Source: an uncultured Eubacteriales bacterium
GTDB lineage: Bacteria > Bacillota > Clostridia > Oscillospirales > Oscillospiraceae
Length of the DNA: 64,000 nucleotides
Assembly: GCA_900547745.1 (NCBI GenBank)
Contig: URHT01000005.1
Span: forward strand, 18,838-82,837
Reading direction: 5' to 3'
Made by a program: the position numbers and the translations under genes. The notes under the pieces were generated by a model that worked only from the letters and a program-made list of their open reading frames with translations, was not told where the DNA came from and did not search any database. Below, in pieces: positions 18,313 through 27,852 of this stretch. Every line of letters starts with the position of its first letter. Position 1 is the first letter of the stretch.

Positions 18313-20454
18313 TTATTCAACGCCCCGGTAAAACAGCCCCCGCGTCAGGTCGTCCGGCGACCAATCGCCGCCGCCTTGGTATCTTCGCAGCACGACGGCG
18401 CACTGCTCCGGCGTCTCCGTGGTGAACCGCAGCCGGCCGTAGGTCAGGCCGCAGCGCCGCATCTCCGGCTTGTCGGCCAGAAACAGCGTCCGGCTGTTCT
18501 GTATCTCGCACCGGCAGCCGTAGATGCAGGTCACGGGGAACTGCGCGCCGGTGCGGTCGGTGAGGACGCTGCCCGCCCCGTGGGTACAGCCCGTGCCGCA
18601 GCGGGTGACGCAGTTTTCCGTCACCATTAGCGGCAGACGGCCGTAGACGATGGCCTCGCAGGGCAGGTGCTTCTTCAGATCGCGGATCTGCTGCCACCGC
18701 AGCTCAAAGGACACGGCGGCGGAGTCCAGCCCCTGCTCCCGCCAGAACAGCAGGGCGCGGGAGTTGAAAATGTTCAGTCCGCAGTCGCCCCGCAGCGTCC
18801 GGCCCAGCCCCCGCACGATAGGCAGGTGGCCCAGATTGCCTATGCTGACGGAGGACGCCTCCGGGTGCCGCTCCAGCAGCTGCCGCAGCGGCGTCTCGTC
18901 CGCCGTCCGGAACACGCGGGGCAGCACGGCGCACAGCTCCGTTCCACCCCAGTCCAGACCGGCGTCCAGCCGCTCCAGCTCCTCGATGGGGACGTATACG
19001 ACGGCGGGCTTCTCCGCCAGCAGCGCTGCCGTGACCTGCTCCGCTTTCAGCACGGAGCAGGTGAAGCCCATGTCCGCGGGGGGCTCCGGGGCTTCGGGCA
19101 GCGCCGCCGCCTCCAGCACCCGCCGGACGTGGGGGTCGCGGCCCTGCCGCAGTTCCTCCTTCTGCCAGGGACTCATCCGACGCAGGAACCAGTCCTGCTC
19201 CAGCCGCTGTTTCAGTTCCTCCAGCGCGTCCCGCCGCAGGCCGTTGATGACGCTGGCCGGCAGCATCAGGCCGTCGTCCAGCTCCGCGCGGAACTGCTCC
19301 ACCGTGAACACGGTGCCGCCGGTCTTACTCAGCCGCTCCCGCAGCTCCTCGGCGGTCAGGGCGCGGCTGCGGGCCGTCTCCGGCACCGGGCCCTGCGCCC
19401 ATACGTTCATCAGACCGTTGTTGCTCTGGCAGCCCACTGCCAGCGACACCGGCTTGCCCGCCTGCACCCGGATGGCCAGAGACACCGGTATCCTCCGGTT
19501 CTCCCGCCCGTTTTCGTACTGCTCCCGCACCTCGGTGAACAGCTCCTTCGGCTCCGGCGCGTTCTCCGGACGGATACCGAACATCTGGGGGCCTTTTTTG
19601 TCCAGCCAGTACCCGTCGGTGAAGCCGCTGCGGGAGAACGCCTGCTCCAGCCGGCGGCTTTCCTCCGCCGTGGGGCGGCGCTTTTCGTCCATGAGCCGCC
19701 GGTAGATGCCGGTGACCACCGCCACATATTCCGGCCGCTTCATGCGGCCCTCCAGCTTGAGACAATCCACGCCTATCTCGTCCATCTCCGCCAGGTACGC
19801 GGACAGGTTGGCATCCTTCAGGCTCAGGGGATGCCCGCCCCGGCAGGGGCCGTCCACACCGTAGGGCAGGCGGCAGGGCTGGGCGCAGGCGCCCCGGTTG
19901 CCGCTGCGCTCGCCTACCACGGCGCTCATCTCGCACTGGCCGGAGTAGCACATGCACAGCGCACCGTGGACGAATATTTCGATCTCAGCAGGACATCCGG
20001 CGCAGATCTCCCGCACCTCATCCCGGCTCAGCTCCCGTGCCAGCACCACCCGTTCCATGCCCAGTGCGGCGGCCTCGTTGGCGCCGCCCAGCGTGAACAG
20101 GCTCATCTGGGTGCTGGCGTGGAGAGGCACGTCCGGCACGATCTCCCGTGCCAGCGTCAGAAGTCCCCAGTCCTGCACCAGTATGGCATCCACACCCATG
20201 GCGCAGGCTTTTTTCAGGGCGTCTGCGGCCTGCGCCAGCTCCCGGTCGGTCAGCAGGGTGTTCAGCGTCAGAAAGACCCTGACGCCCCGTAAATGGCAAT
20301 AGGCCACCGCCGACGCAAACTCCTCGTCGGTAAAGTTTTTGGCGCTGCGCCGCGCATTGAACGCGCCAAAGCCCATATATACCGCGTCCGCGCCGGTCTG
20401 GACGGCGGCAACAAGGGAGTCAAAGCCGCCGGCGGGGGAGAGAAGCTCCATCAT
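18313..20454 (-). CDS. U32 family peptidase-like protein (long RlhA-like form)
   Basis: MELLSPAG, HASTQM, HGALCMCYSGQC, NRGACAQPCR, LKLEGRMK, TRGLFYRGVE; ATGA coupling with zapA. Confidence 0.9.
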   Translation of the reverse strand: MMELLSPAGGFDSLVAAVQTGADAVYMGFGAFNARRSAKNFTDEEFASAVAYCHLRGVRVFLTLNTLLTDRELAQAADALKKACAMGVDAILVQDWGLLTLAREIVPDVPLHASTQMSLFTLGGANEAAALGMERVVLARELSRDEVREICAGCPAEIEIFVHGALCMCYSGQCEMSAVVGERSGNRGACAQPCRLPYGVDGPCRGGHPLSLKDANLSAYLAEMDEIGVDCLKLEGRMKRPEYVAVVTGIYRRLMDEKRRPTAEESRRLEQAFSRSGFTDGYWLDKKGPQMFGIRPENAPEPKELFTEVREQYENGRENRRIPVSLAIRVQAGKPVSLAVGCQSNNGLMNVWAQGPVPETARSRALTAEELRERLSKTGGTVFTVEQFRAELDDGLMLPASVINGLRRDALEELKQRLEQDWFLRRMSPWQKEELRQGRDPHVRRVLEAAALPEAPEPPADMGFTCSVLKAEQVTAALLAEKPAVVYVPIEELERLDAGLDWGGTELCAVLPRVFRTADETPLRQLLERHPEASSVSIGNLGHLPIVRGLGRTLRGDCGLNIFNSRALLFWREQGLDSAAVSFELRWQQIRDLKKHLPCEAIVYGRLPLMVTENCVTRCGTGCTHGAGSVLTDRTGAQFPVTCIYGCRCEIQNSRTLFLADKPEMRRCGLTYGRLRFTTETPEQCAVVLRRYQGGGDWSPDDLTRGLFYRGVE

Positions 20455-20768
20455 CCCTTGCGGTTCTGCTGGGACTGCAGCTTGCGCCGCAGCTCGGCGG
20501 CCTCGTTCTTGGCGCGGCCGGCCTCGTCCAGATAGGTCTTCAGCTGACGGCGCAGATTGTCGGCGTTCTCCTGCGCCTTGCACAGCTCGTCCGCCAGATT
20601 CACGGCGGCCAGCACGGCGGCGTTGTCCCGGCTCATGTGGGCGGCGTCCATCAGCTGGCGCATCTCGCCGTCCACCATGGCGCCCACCTTCTCCATGTAG
20701 GCCGCGTCCTCCTCCGCCACCAGCGTATACTCCGTGCCGCAGATGGTCATCGTTACCCGATTCGCCAT
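20451..20768 (-). CDS. zapA: cell division protein ZapA
   Basis: VTMTICGTEYTL ... AAVLAAVNLADE plus coiled coil; GGAGG RBS. Confidence 0.88.
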   Translation of the reverse strand: MANRVTMTICGTEYTLVAEEDAAYMEKVGAMVDGEMRQLMDAAHMSRDNAAVLAAVNLADELCKAQENADNLRRQLKTYLDEAGRAKNEAAELRRKLQSQQNRKG

Positions 20769-20956
20769 AGTCAACCTCCTCTGTATATCCGTAAAAATAG
20801 AGATGCTTATACAGCATCCATTATAGCACAATTTCCCGGCGTGGAAAGCCTATTTTGGCGAAAAGCGGAAATTTGTAAAAATGTGACCGCCCCCGCTTTA
20901 CGCCGCTCCACTTTTCATGTAAAATAGGGACACTGACGAAAAAGGAGGCCCTGTCC

Positions 20957-21880
20957 ATGAGCGGTTATATCCTCCGGGGCGGACAAGAGAATATCACGCT
21001 GCCCGCCGCCGCGGCGGAGAGCCTGCTCAAGCGGGGCGACGGCGACGCGGCCCTGCTGTATCTGGCGCTGCAGCGGTTCGGCCGGGGCGTCACGCCGGAG
21101 GAGCTGGAGCGCGTGCTGCCCACCATGAGCCGCCTGCGCATGGACGCGGCGGAGGGCGTGCTGCAGGAGCTGGGGCTCCTGCCCCGTCCCCAGCAGCCCC
21201 GCCCCGAGCCGGCGGAGGAAAGAGCCGTCTACTCCACGGAGGACATTTCGGCCCTGCTGACGGACAACGAGGGCTTCCGCCTGCTGATCCCACAGGCGGA
21301 GCAGCAGCTGGGTAAAAAGCTGCGCACCGCCGACCTGCAGATACTGGCGGGGCTGTACGACGATCTGGGCCTGCCGGCGGACGTGATCTATCTGCTGCTG
21401 TGCCACTGTGTGGAGCGCGCCAAGGCCCAGTGGGGCGAGGGGCGCCGTCCCACCATGCGGCAGGTGGAGAAGGAGGGCTACCACTGGGCGCAGATGGGGC
21501 TTTTCGATCAGGTCAGCGCCGCCGCCTACCTGCGGACGTGGAGCCGCCGCCGCCAGAAGATGGGGGCGTACATGCAGGCGCTGCACCTGCCTGACCGACC
21601 GCCGGTGGAGGCGGAGAGCCGCTACATCGCAGACTGGATGGACATGGGCTTCCCGCCGGAGACGGTGGCCATGGCCTACGAGCGGACGGTGTTTTACAAG
21701 AAGGACATGAACTGGCGCTATCTCAACGGCATCCTGCGCCGCTGGCATGACAGCGGATGGCACACGCCCCAGCAGGTGGAGCGGGGCGAGGCGCGCAAGC
21801 CGTCCCCCACGCCGCCGCAGGAGAGCGGCGACACCGGCGGCCAGCAGAATGCGTGGATGCGCCGGTATATCAAGAGGTGA
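20957..21880 (+). CDS. DnaD domain replication protein
   Basis: Two DnaD-like repeats, NWRYLNGILRRWHDSG; AAGGAGG RBS. Confidence 0.85.
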   Translation: MSGYILRGGQENITLPAAAAESLLKRGDGDAALLYLALQRFGRGVTPEELERVLPTMSRLRMDAAEGVLQELGLLPRPQQPRPEPAEERAVYSTEDISALLTDNEGFRLLIPQAEQQLGKKLRTADLQILAGLYDDLGLPADVIYLLLCHCVERAKAQWGEGRRPTMRQVEKEGYHWAQMGLFDQVSAAAYLRTWSRRRQKMGAYMQALHLPDRPPVEAESRYIADWMDMGFPPETVAMAYERTVFYKKDMNWRYLNGILRRWHDSGWHTPQQVERGEARKPSPTPPQESGDTGGQQNAWMRRYIKR

Positions 21881-21884
21881 CGAT

Positions 21885-22874
21885 ATGGCATACGACGGCA
21901 GGATCATGCAGCGGGCGCTGGCCCGCTTTGACGAGGACAAGCAGCGCCGCGGGGCCCAGCTGGAGCAGCGGCGGCGCACGGCCTACGCCCGCGCTCCCCG
22001 GCTGGCGGAGATCGACACGGAGCTGCGGGGCACCATGAGCCGCATCATCTCCTCCGCGCTGGCCCGGGGCACTGACCCGCTGCCCGCGATCCGGGTGCTG
22101 CGGGACGAGAATCTCCAGCTCCAGCGGGAGCGGGTGCAGCTGCTGGCGTCGCTGGGCTATCCGGCGGACTGGTTGGAGGAGAAGCCGGCCTGCACCCAGT
22201 GCGGTGACACCGGCTATGTGCAGGGCGGCGTGTGCCCGTGCCTGCGGGCGTACTACGCCCGTGAGCAGCTGGCGGAGCTGTCCCGCCTGCTGCCTCTGGG
22301 GGAGGACAGCTTCGAGACGTTCAGCTTTGACTGGTACGACAGCACGGTGCAGCCTGCCTTCGGTGTGTCGCCCCGTGAGAATATGGAGCGCAATTTTGAC
22401 GTCTGCCGGGACTACGCCTATCAGTTCGACCGGGGCGGCGGCAATCTGCTGCTGTCCGGCGGCACGGGGCTGGGCAAGACGTTCCTCTCCGCCTGCATCG
22501 CCCGGGTGGTCAGCGAGAACGGCTTTTCCGTGGTGTACGACACCGCTGCCAGCGTGTTCAGCCGGTTCGAGGACGCCAAGTTCCGCCGGGACGACGGCGG
22601 CAGCGAGGACGCCGACCGCTGCATGAAGTGCGACCTGCTGATCCTGGACGATCTGGGCACGGAGATGACCACCGCCTTTGTCCAGAGCGCCCTGTACCAG
22701 ATCGTCAACGGGCGGCTGATGGAGAAGCGCGCCACCATCATCAGCACCAATCTGGCCCCGGAGGAGATCGGCAGCCGCTACGGCCGGTCGGTGCTGTCCC
22801 GGCTGGAGGGGGACTACGAGATCCTGCCCTTTTTCGGGGAGGATATCCGCCGCCTGAAGCGAGAGCGGCAGTAA
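21885..22874 (+). CDS. DnaC/IstB-like helicase-loader ATPase
   Basis: CTQCGDTGY..CPC zinc motif, Walker A GGTGLGKT, LLILDDLGTE, IISTNL, SRL. Confidence 0.88.
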   Translation: MAYDGRIMQRALARFDEDKQRRGAQLEQRRRTAYARAPRLAEIDTELRGTMSRIISSALARGTDPLPAIRVLRDENLQLQRERVQLLASLGYPADWLEEKPACTQCGDTGYVQGGVCPCLRAYYAREQLAELSRLLPLGEDSFETFSFDWYDSTVQPAFGVSPRENMERNFDVCRDYAYQFDRGGGNLLLSGGTGLGKTFLSACIARVVSENGFSVVYDTAASVFSRFEDAKFRRDDGGSEDADRCMKCDLLILDDLGTEMTTAFVQSALYQIVNGRLMEKRATIISTNLAPEEIGSRYGRSVLSRLEGDYEILPFFGEDIRRLKRERQ

Positions 22875-22995
22875 AACCTGTAAATATTGCGTAAAAAAGA
22901 CGCCTGCTTGGCGTCTTTTTTAAATTTCCCGACACTTTCTGCCCCTTTTCGCACCGCCGGCGCCGTACAATGGTGCCAAAGGAGGGGGGAAAACC

Positions 22996-23826
22996 ATGAA
23001 AAAGACCCAGAAGGACGAGTTCCTGTCCAGCCGCGTCCGCTACATACCCATCAACACGGTGCGGCCCAACCCGCAGCAGCCCCGGCGCAGCTTCGATGAG
23101 ACGGCGCTGCGGGAGCTGGCGGACAGCATCCGGGCCTACGGCATCCTGCAGCCCCTGACGGTGCGGGACCGGGGCGGCTTTTACGAGCTGGTGGCGGGGG
23201 AGCGCCGCCTCCGCGCCGCCCGCATCGCGGGCTTGCGGGAGGTGCCCTGCCTTGTGGCGGAGGTGGGAGAGGAGGACGCGGCGCTGCTGGCCCTCATTGA
23301 GAACCTCCAGCGTCGGGATCTGGACTACATGGAGGAGGCGGCGGCCATCGCCCGGCTCATCGGGCGCTACGGCCTGTCCCAGCAGCAGGCGGCGGACAAG
23401 CTGGGCAAGTCCCAGCCCGCCATTGCCAATAAGCTGCGGCTGCTGCGTTTGGCCCCGCCGGTCATTGACTGCCTGCGGCAGTACGGCCTGACGGAGCGCC
23501 ACGCCCGGACGCTGCTGCGGCTCACCGATCCGGAGCAGCAGCTGGCGGCGGCGCGGCACATGGGGCAGCGGGGGCTGAACGTGGCGCAGGCGGAGCAGTA
23601 TGTGGACGCGCTGACGGCGGAGAACCGGACGGCGCCGCCCCAGCGGCGTCCCACCTATATCATCAAGGATGTGCGGCTGTTCCTCAACAGCGTGGAGCGG
23701 GGCGTCCGGCTGATGCAGTCGGCGGGCGTGGGCGCGGAGGTGGGCCGCAGGGACACGGAGGAGGAGATCCTGCTGACCATCCACATCCCCAAGCGCCGCC
23801 CAGCGGCTGTTGTTACGGAATCGTAA
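22996..23826 (+). CDS. noc: ParB-family nucleoid occlusion protein
   Basis: PNPQQPRRSF, VAGERRLRAA, ENLQRRDL, GKSQPAIANKLRLL, C-terminal KDVRLFLNS typical of Noc. Confidence 0.82.
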   Translation: MKKTQKDEFLSSRVRYIPINTVRPNPQQPRRSFDETALRELADSIRAYGILQPLTVRDRGGFYELVAGERRLRAARIAGLREVPCLVAEVGEEDAALLALIENLQRRDLDYMEEAAAIARLIGRYGLSQQQAADKLGKSQPAIANKLRLLRLAPPVIDCLRQYGLTERHARTLLRLTDPEQQLAAARHMGQRGLNVAQAEQYVDALTAENRTAPPQRRPTYIIKDVRLFLNSVERGVRLMQSAGVGAEVGRRDTEEEILLTIHIPKRRPAAVVTES

Positions 23827-23908
23827 CCCATTTCCGGCCGGTCTGTGGTATCATAGGCAGACGCAGGGTGTGTGCCCTGTAAAGACCGGAAAAAGGATGG
23901 GACATTCC

Positions 23909-25579
23909 ATGGAAGATACCAATACTATGTCCTCTGTGACTGTAAACGGGGGCGGTGCGGAGAACGCCGTTCCGGAAAAGACTCCCATGTCCGGAGGCAG
24001 AAGGGCGGCGCTGATCGCAGGTATTTTGCTGGGCGTGCTGGCGGTGGCCTATCTGGCCGCCTGCGTGGTGACGCAGACCGTGTACGGCAGCACTGCGTTC
24101 CCCCACACGGATGTGCTGGGGCTGGACGTATCCAAGCTCACCGCCCAACAGATCGAGACGCTGTGGGAGGAAAAGAGCCCGCAGCTGCTGCATGACACCG
24201 CCGTCTCCCTGACGGAGAAGGGCGAGCGCATCGGCGCCGTGCCGCTGGACACGCTGGGCGTTACGGTGACGCCGCAGGCGGCGTCCATCGCCGCCGGGGC
24301 CTCCCAGCGGTACGAGAGCTGGGGCGGCGGTGCGCTGGCGTGGCTGCGGGGCGGCTGGTCGTACATACACAGCTGGTTCGGGCAGACCTCCGCCGTGCCG
24401 CAGCTGACGGTGGATGCCGCCGCGCTGGACGCCGCCTGTAACGAGCTGGCCGCCAGCCTGAACTGCACGGTGGTGGACGGCGGCTACCGTCTGGAAAAGG
24501 GCGAGGGCCTGTATATCACCAAGCCCGCCGACGGCCGCATGCTGGACGCCGGGAAGCTGGAGAGCGACCTGACCGCCATGCTGCAAAGCGGCGCGCTGAC
24601 GCCGGTGGCGTGTACCTACGAGGAGAAGAAGGCCCAGACCGTGGACATCCGGACGCTCCACGACCAGCTGGCGGGGGAGAAGGCGGAGGCCGTCTGCAAC
24701 AAGGAGACGGGCGAGCCTACGGAGTCCCGCGTCGGCGTTGCCTTTGACGTGGCGGCGGTGCAGGCTCAGATGGATGCCGCCGCGCCGGGCGCGGAGTTCC
24801 TGGCGGACGCACAGGTGGAGTTCCCCAACGTGTCCACCGAGGAGCTGAAGGACTGCATGTTCCGGGATGTGCTGGGCACCTACACCACCAAATGCGCCGG
24901 GCCGTGGGGACGGCACCAGAATATCAAGCTGGCCTCCGCCGCCATCAACGGCAAGATCTACAACCCCGGCGAGGAGTTCTGGTATAACGCCACGGTGGGG
25001 CAGCGCACGGCGGCCCGGGGCTATCAGGAGGCCGGCGTCTACGAGGCAGGGCGCACCACCACCGGTATCGGCGGCGGCATCTGCCAGGTGTCCTCCACGC
25101 TGTACTACGCGGTGCTGCTCAGCGATCTGGAGATCGTCCTGCGCTACTGCCACATGTTTAACCCCGGCTACATGCCCATCGGCTGCGATGCCACGGTGAG
25201 CTGGGGCGGGCCGGATTTTGCTTTCCGCAACAGCCGGGATTACCCCATCAAGATCGTCACGTCCTACAACGACGATACCAACGAGCTGACCTGCACCATT
25301 CTGGGTACCAAGGTGGACGACCACTATGTGGTCATGACCAACGCGGTGCTGGCCAGCTACGATTACCAGACGGTCTATCAGGAGTCCCCGGACGTGGCGC
25401 CGGGCGAGGAGGTCATCGACCAGTACGGCCATACCGGCTACCACGTCCGCACATGGCGGAACATCTATGACGGCGACGGCAGCCTGCTGTCCAGCCGTGT
25501 GGAGGCCGACAGCCACTACGACGTGGGCAACAAGATCATTCTGGTGGCCCCCGGCTATCTGCCGGCGGACAACGGATAA
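23909..25579 (+). CDS. VanW family protein with N-terminal TM anchor
   Basis: RHQNIKLA, GGGICQVSSTLY, GCDATVSWG, DFAFRN. Confidence 0.88.
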   Translation: MEDTNTMSSVTVNGGGAENAVPEKTPMSGGRRAALIAGILLGVLAVAYLAACVVTQTVYGSTAFPHTDVLGLDVSKLTAQQIETLWEEKSPQLLHDTAVSLTEKGERIGAVPLDTLGVTVTPQAASIAAGASQRYESWGGGALAWLRGGWSYIHSWFGQTSAVPQLTVDAAALDAACNELAASLNCTVVDGGYRLEKGEGLYITKPADGRMLDAGKLESDLTAMLQSGALTPVACTYEEKKAQTVDIRTLHDQLAGEKAEAVCNKETGEPTESRVGVAFDVAAVQAQMDAAAPGAEFLADAQVEFPNVSTEELKDCMFRDVLGTYTTKCAGPWGRHQNIKLASAAINGKIYNPGEEFWYNATVGQRTAARGYQEAGVYEAGRTTTGIGGGICQVSSTLYYAVLLSDLEIVLRYCHMFNPGYMPIGCDATVSWGGPDFAFRNSRDYPIKIVTSYNDDTNELTCTILGTKVDDHYVVMTNAVLASYDYQTVYQESPDVAPGEEVIDQYGHTGYHVRTWRNIYDGDGSLLSSRVEADSHYDVGNKIILVAPGYLPADNG

Positions 25580-25583
25580 ACAG

Positions 25584-25618
25584 AGAGGGCGCGGTTCGCT
25601 TGGCCGCGCCCTCTTTTC
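25584..25618 (+). terminator. intrinsic terminator after vanW
   Basis: AGAGGGCGCGG...CCGCGCCCTCT plus TTT. Confidence 0.75.
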
Positions 25619-25740
25619 ACCGGATTTCTTGCGATTTCTTTAAGTGTTTCCGCCGAACCCCTTAAATCGCCGCCCCGCCGGTTGCGCCCCGGCGCAAAGC
25701 GGGTATAATCGACATACAGACACGGAGAGGAGGATCAACC

Positions 25741-26826
25741 ATGTGCAAGCTGGTGATCGACACCGGGGCGCTGACCCGTAATCTGGAGAAGCTGCGGCAT
25801 TATACGTCCGCCCGCATTATCGCCGTGGTGAAGGGCGGCGGCTACGGGCTGGGACTGGCGCCCTACGCCCAATGGCTGACGGCGCAGGGCGTGGACATGC
25901 TGGCTGTGTCCTCTGCGGCGGAGGCCGCCGCCCTGCGGGACGCGGGCATCACGGCGGACGTGCTGATGCTCTCCTCCACCGCCCTGCCGGAGGAGGTATC
26001 CGCGCTGCTGGCCCGGAATGTCATCCTCACCGTCGGCTCCTTTGACGCGGCCCATACGGTGTCCGCCGTGGCGGCGCAGCAGGGCGTCACCGCCCGCGTC
26101 CATATCAAGCTGGACACCGGCATGGGCCGCTGCGGCTTTCTGCCCGGCGATGTCCGGGAGGCCGCCGCCCTGCTGCGGTTCCTGCCCGCTCTGCGGGTGG
26201 AGGGCGTGTTCACCCACTTTGCCGATGCCGCCAATCGCCGCCGCACCGCCCGGCAGTACCGCCGCTTCACCGCCGGCGTCCGCATTCTGCGCACCGCCGG
26301 TATTGACCCCGGCCTGCGTCACGTCTGCGCCTCTACCGCCTTCCTGCGGTATCCGGAGATGCATCTGGACGCGGTACGTCTCGGCTCGGCGCTGCTGGGA
26401 CGGCTCTCCGTACCGGATACGCTGGGACTGGAGAAGGTCGGCTGGCTGGAGACGCGGGTGGCAGAGCTGAAGACCCTGCCCGCCGGCTGGCCGGTGGGCT
26501 ATACCGGCGCCTACCGCACCCGGCGGGAGACGCGGCTGGCGCTGCTGCCGGTGGGCTATACCAGCGGCATCGGCGTGACGGAGGAACCCAACGCCCTGCG
26601 CCTGCGGGACAGGCTGCGCCGGGTGCTCCACGCGGGACGGAGCCTGCTGCACACCGACGGCCTTACCGTGCAGATCAACGGCCGCAGCTGTCCTGTGCGG
26701 GGTGTGGTGGCCGCCGCCCAGCTGGAGGCAGACGTGACGGAGCTGCCCTGCGCCGTGGGCGACACGGTGCGCGTGGAGGTGCGCCCCAAGTTCGTGGACA
26801 GCGGCATCCTTCGGGAATACCGATGA
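25741..26826 (+). CDS. alanine racemase-family PLP enzyme (divergent)
   Basis: AVVKGGGYG, HIKLDTGMGRCG, FTHFA, VRLGSALLG, VGYTGAY; upstream TTGCGC-16-TATAAT promoter. Confidence 0.85.
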   Translation: MCKLVIDTGALTRNLEKLRHYTSARIIAVVKGGGYGLGLAPYAQWLTAQGVDMLAVSSAAEAAALRDAGITADVLMLSSTALPEEVSALLARNVILTVGSFDAAHTVSAVAAQQGVTARVHIKLDTGMGRCGFLPGDVREAAALLRFLPALRVEGVFTHFADAANRRRTARQYRRFTAGVRILRTAGIDPGLRHVCASTAFLRYPEMHLDAVRLGSALLGRLSVPDTLGLEKVGWLETRVAELKTLPAGWPVGYTGAYRTRRETRLALLPVGYTSGIGVTEEPNALRLRDRLRRVLHAGRSLLHTDGLTVQINGRSCPVRGVVAAAQLEADVTELPCAVGDTVRVEVRPKFVDSGILREYR

Positions 26827-26862
26827 AAAAACAGCGTCAGGCGTAAGCCTGACGCTGTTTTT
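26827..26862. terminator. bidirectional terminator between alr and prmA
   Basis: AAAAAACAGCGTCAGGC GTAA GCCTGACGCTGTTTTT. Confidence 0.88.
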
Positions 26863-26871
26863 ATACGTTTT

Positions 26872-27825
26872 TCACCGGCACAGGAAGCTGTACCAGCCCT
26901 CGGAGTCGTGCTGCTCAATGACTGTCCAGCCATCGGCGCGCAGCCTGGTAAAGACCTCCTCCGCCCGGTCGTCGATGATGCCGGAGCACAGGAACAGGCC
27001 TCCCTCCTTCAGGAAGGGCCGCACCTTGCCGGAAAGCCCCATGATGACATCCGCCACAATGTTGGCCACCACCATGTCGTAGCCGCCGCCGAACTCCGCC
27101 TGCAGAGCCTTGTCTGTCAGCACGTCGCCCCACCGCACGGTGTAGCGGTCTTTCCCCACGCCGTTGAGGGCGGCGTTCTCGTAGGCCACGTCTACGCACT
27201 TCTCATCGATGTCGCAGGCGAAGGCCTCCCCGGCCCCCAGCACCAGCGCGGCAATGGACAGGATGCCGCTGCCGCAGCCCAGATCCAGGATCTTCTCGCC
27301 GCCCCGGATGTACTTGTCCAGCGCCTGTAAGCACAGACGGCTGGTGGCGTGACTGCCGGTGCCGAAGGTCAGTCCCGGATTCAGCACCAGCTTCACCCGG
27401 CCGTTATCGCGGGCCTTCTCCCACTGGGGCACTACCAGCAGCCGCTCCCCGATCTCCATGGGCTTGTAGAACTTCTTCCAGTTGTTCTCCCAGTCGGCGT
27501 CGGCCACGTTGTCGATGGTCAGCAGCAGCGGCCCGCAGTCCGGACGGGCCTTTTTCAGGTCGGACATGGCGATGCGCACCCGTGCGATGACGTCCAGCGC
27601 CGCCTCATTCCGCTCCAGATAGAAGGTGACGCGGCTGACGCCCGCCTTTTCCCGCAGCAGCTCCTCGTCCACATAGTCCCAGTACTGCCGGTTGTGCTCC
27701 AGAAAGTCCTTGAAATCGTTCTCATCATCGATGATGACGCCGGTGACGCCCTGCTGCTCCAGCAGCTCCGTCACCGCGTCCAGACCGGACGGTGAGGTGT
27801 CGATCTTCAGCTCCAGCCATTCCAT
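26872..27825 (-). CDS. prmA: ribosomal protein L11 methyltransferase
   Basis: DWENNWKKFYKP, PGLTFGTGSHATS, LDLGCGSGILSI, VANIVAD. Confidence 0.96.
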   Translation of the reverse strand: MEWLELKIDTSPSGLDAVTELLEQQGVTGVIIDDENDFKDFLEHNRQYWDYVDEELLREKAGVSRVTFYLERNEAALDVIARVRIAMSDLKKARPDCGPLLLTIDNVADADWENNWKKFYKPMEIGERLLVVPQWEKARDNGRVKLVLNPGLTFGTGSHATSRLCLQALDKYIRGGEKILDLGCGSGILSIAALVLGAGEAFACDIDEKCVDVAYENAALNGVGKDRYTVRWGDVLTDKALQAEFGGGYDMVVANIVADVIMGLSGKVRPFLKEGGLFLCSGIIDDRAEEVFTRLRADGWTVIEQHDSEGWYSFLCR

Positions 27826-27852
27826 GTGCGTTCCCTCCGAAAGTGTGATGTG

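Noticed and set aside
20911..20926. CTTTTCATGTAAAATA as a fourth parS
   Set aside because: Five mismatches to consensus; better explained as the -10 region (TAAAAT) of the dnaD promoter.
20957..22874. DnaD plus DnaC/IstB-like pair as a prophage or IS21 module
   Set aside because: No integrase, transposase, structural genes or composition shift; flanked by core genes, so it fits the chromosomal clostridial helicase-loader pair.
23909..25579. vanW as a vancomycin resistance locus
   Set aside because: No D-Ala-D-Lac/Ser ligase, vanX/H/T or vanRS nearby; VanW-domain proteins are common housekeeping genes in Clostridia.
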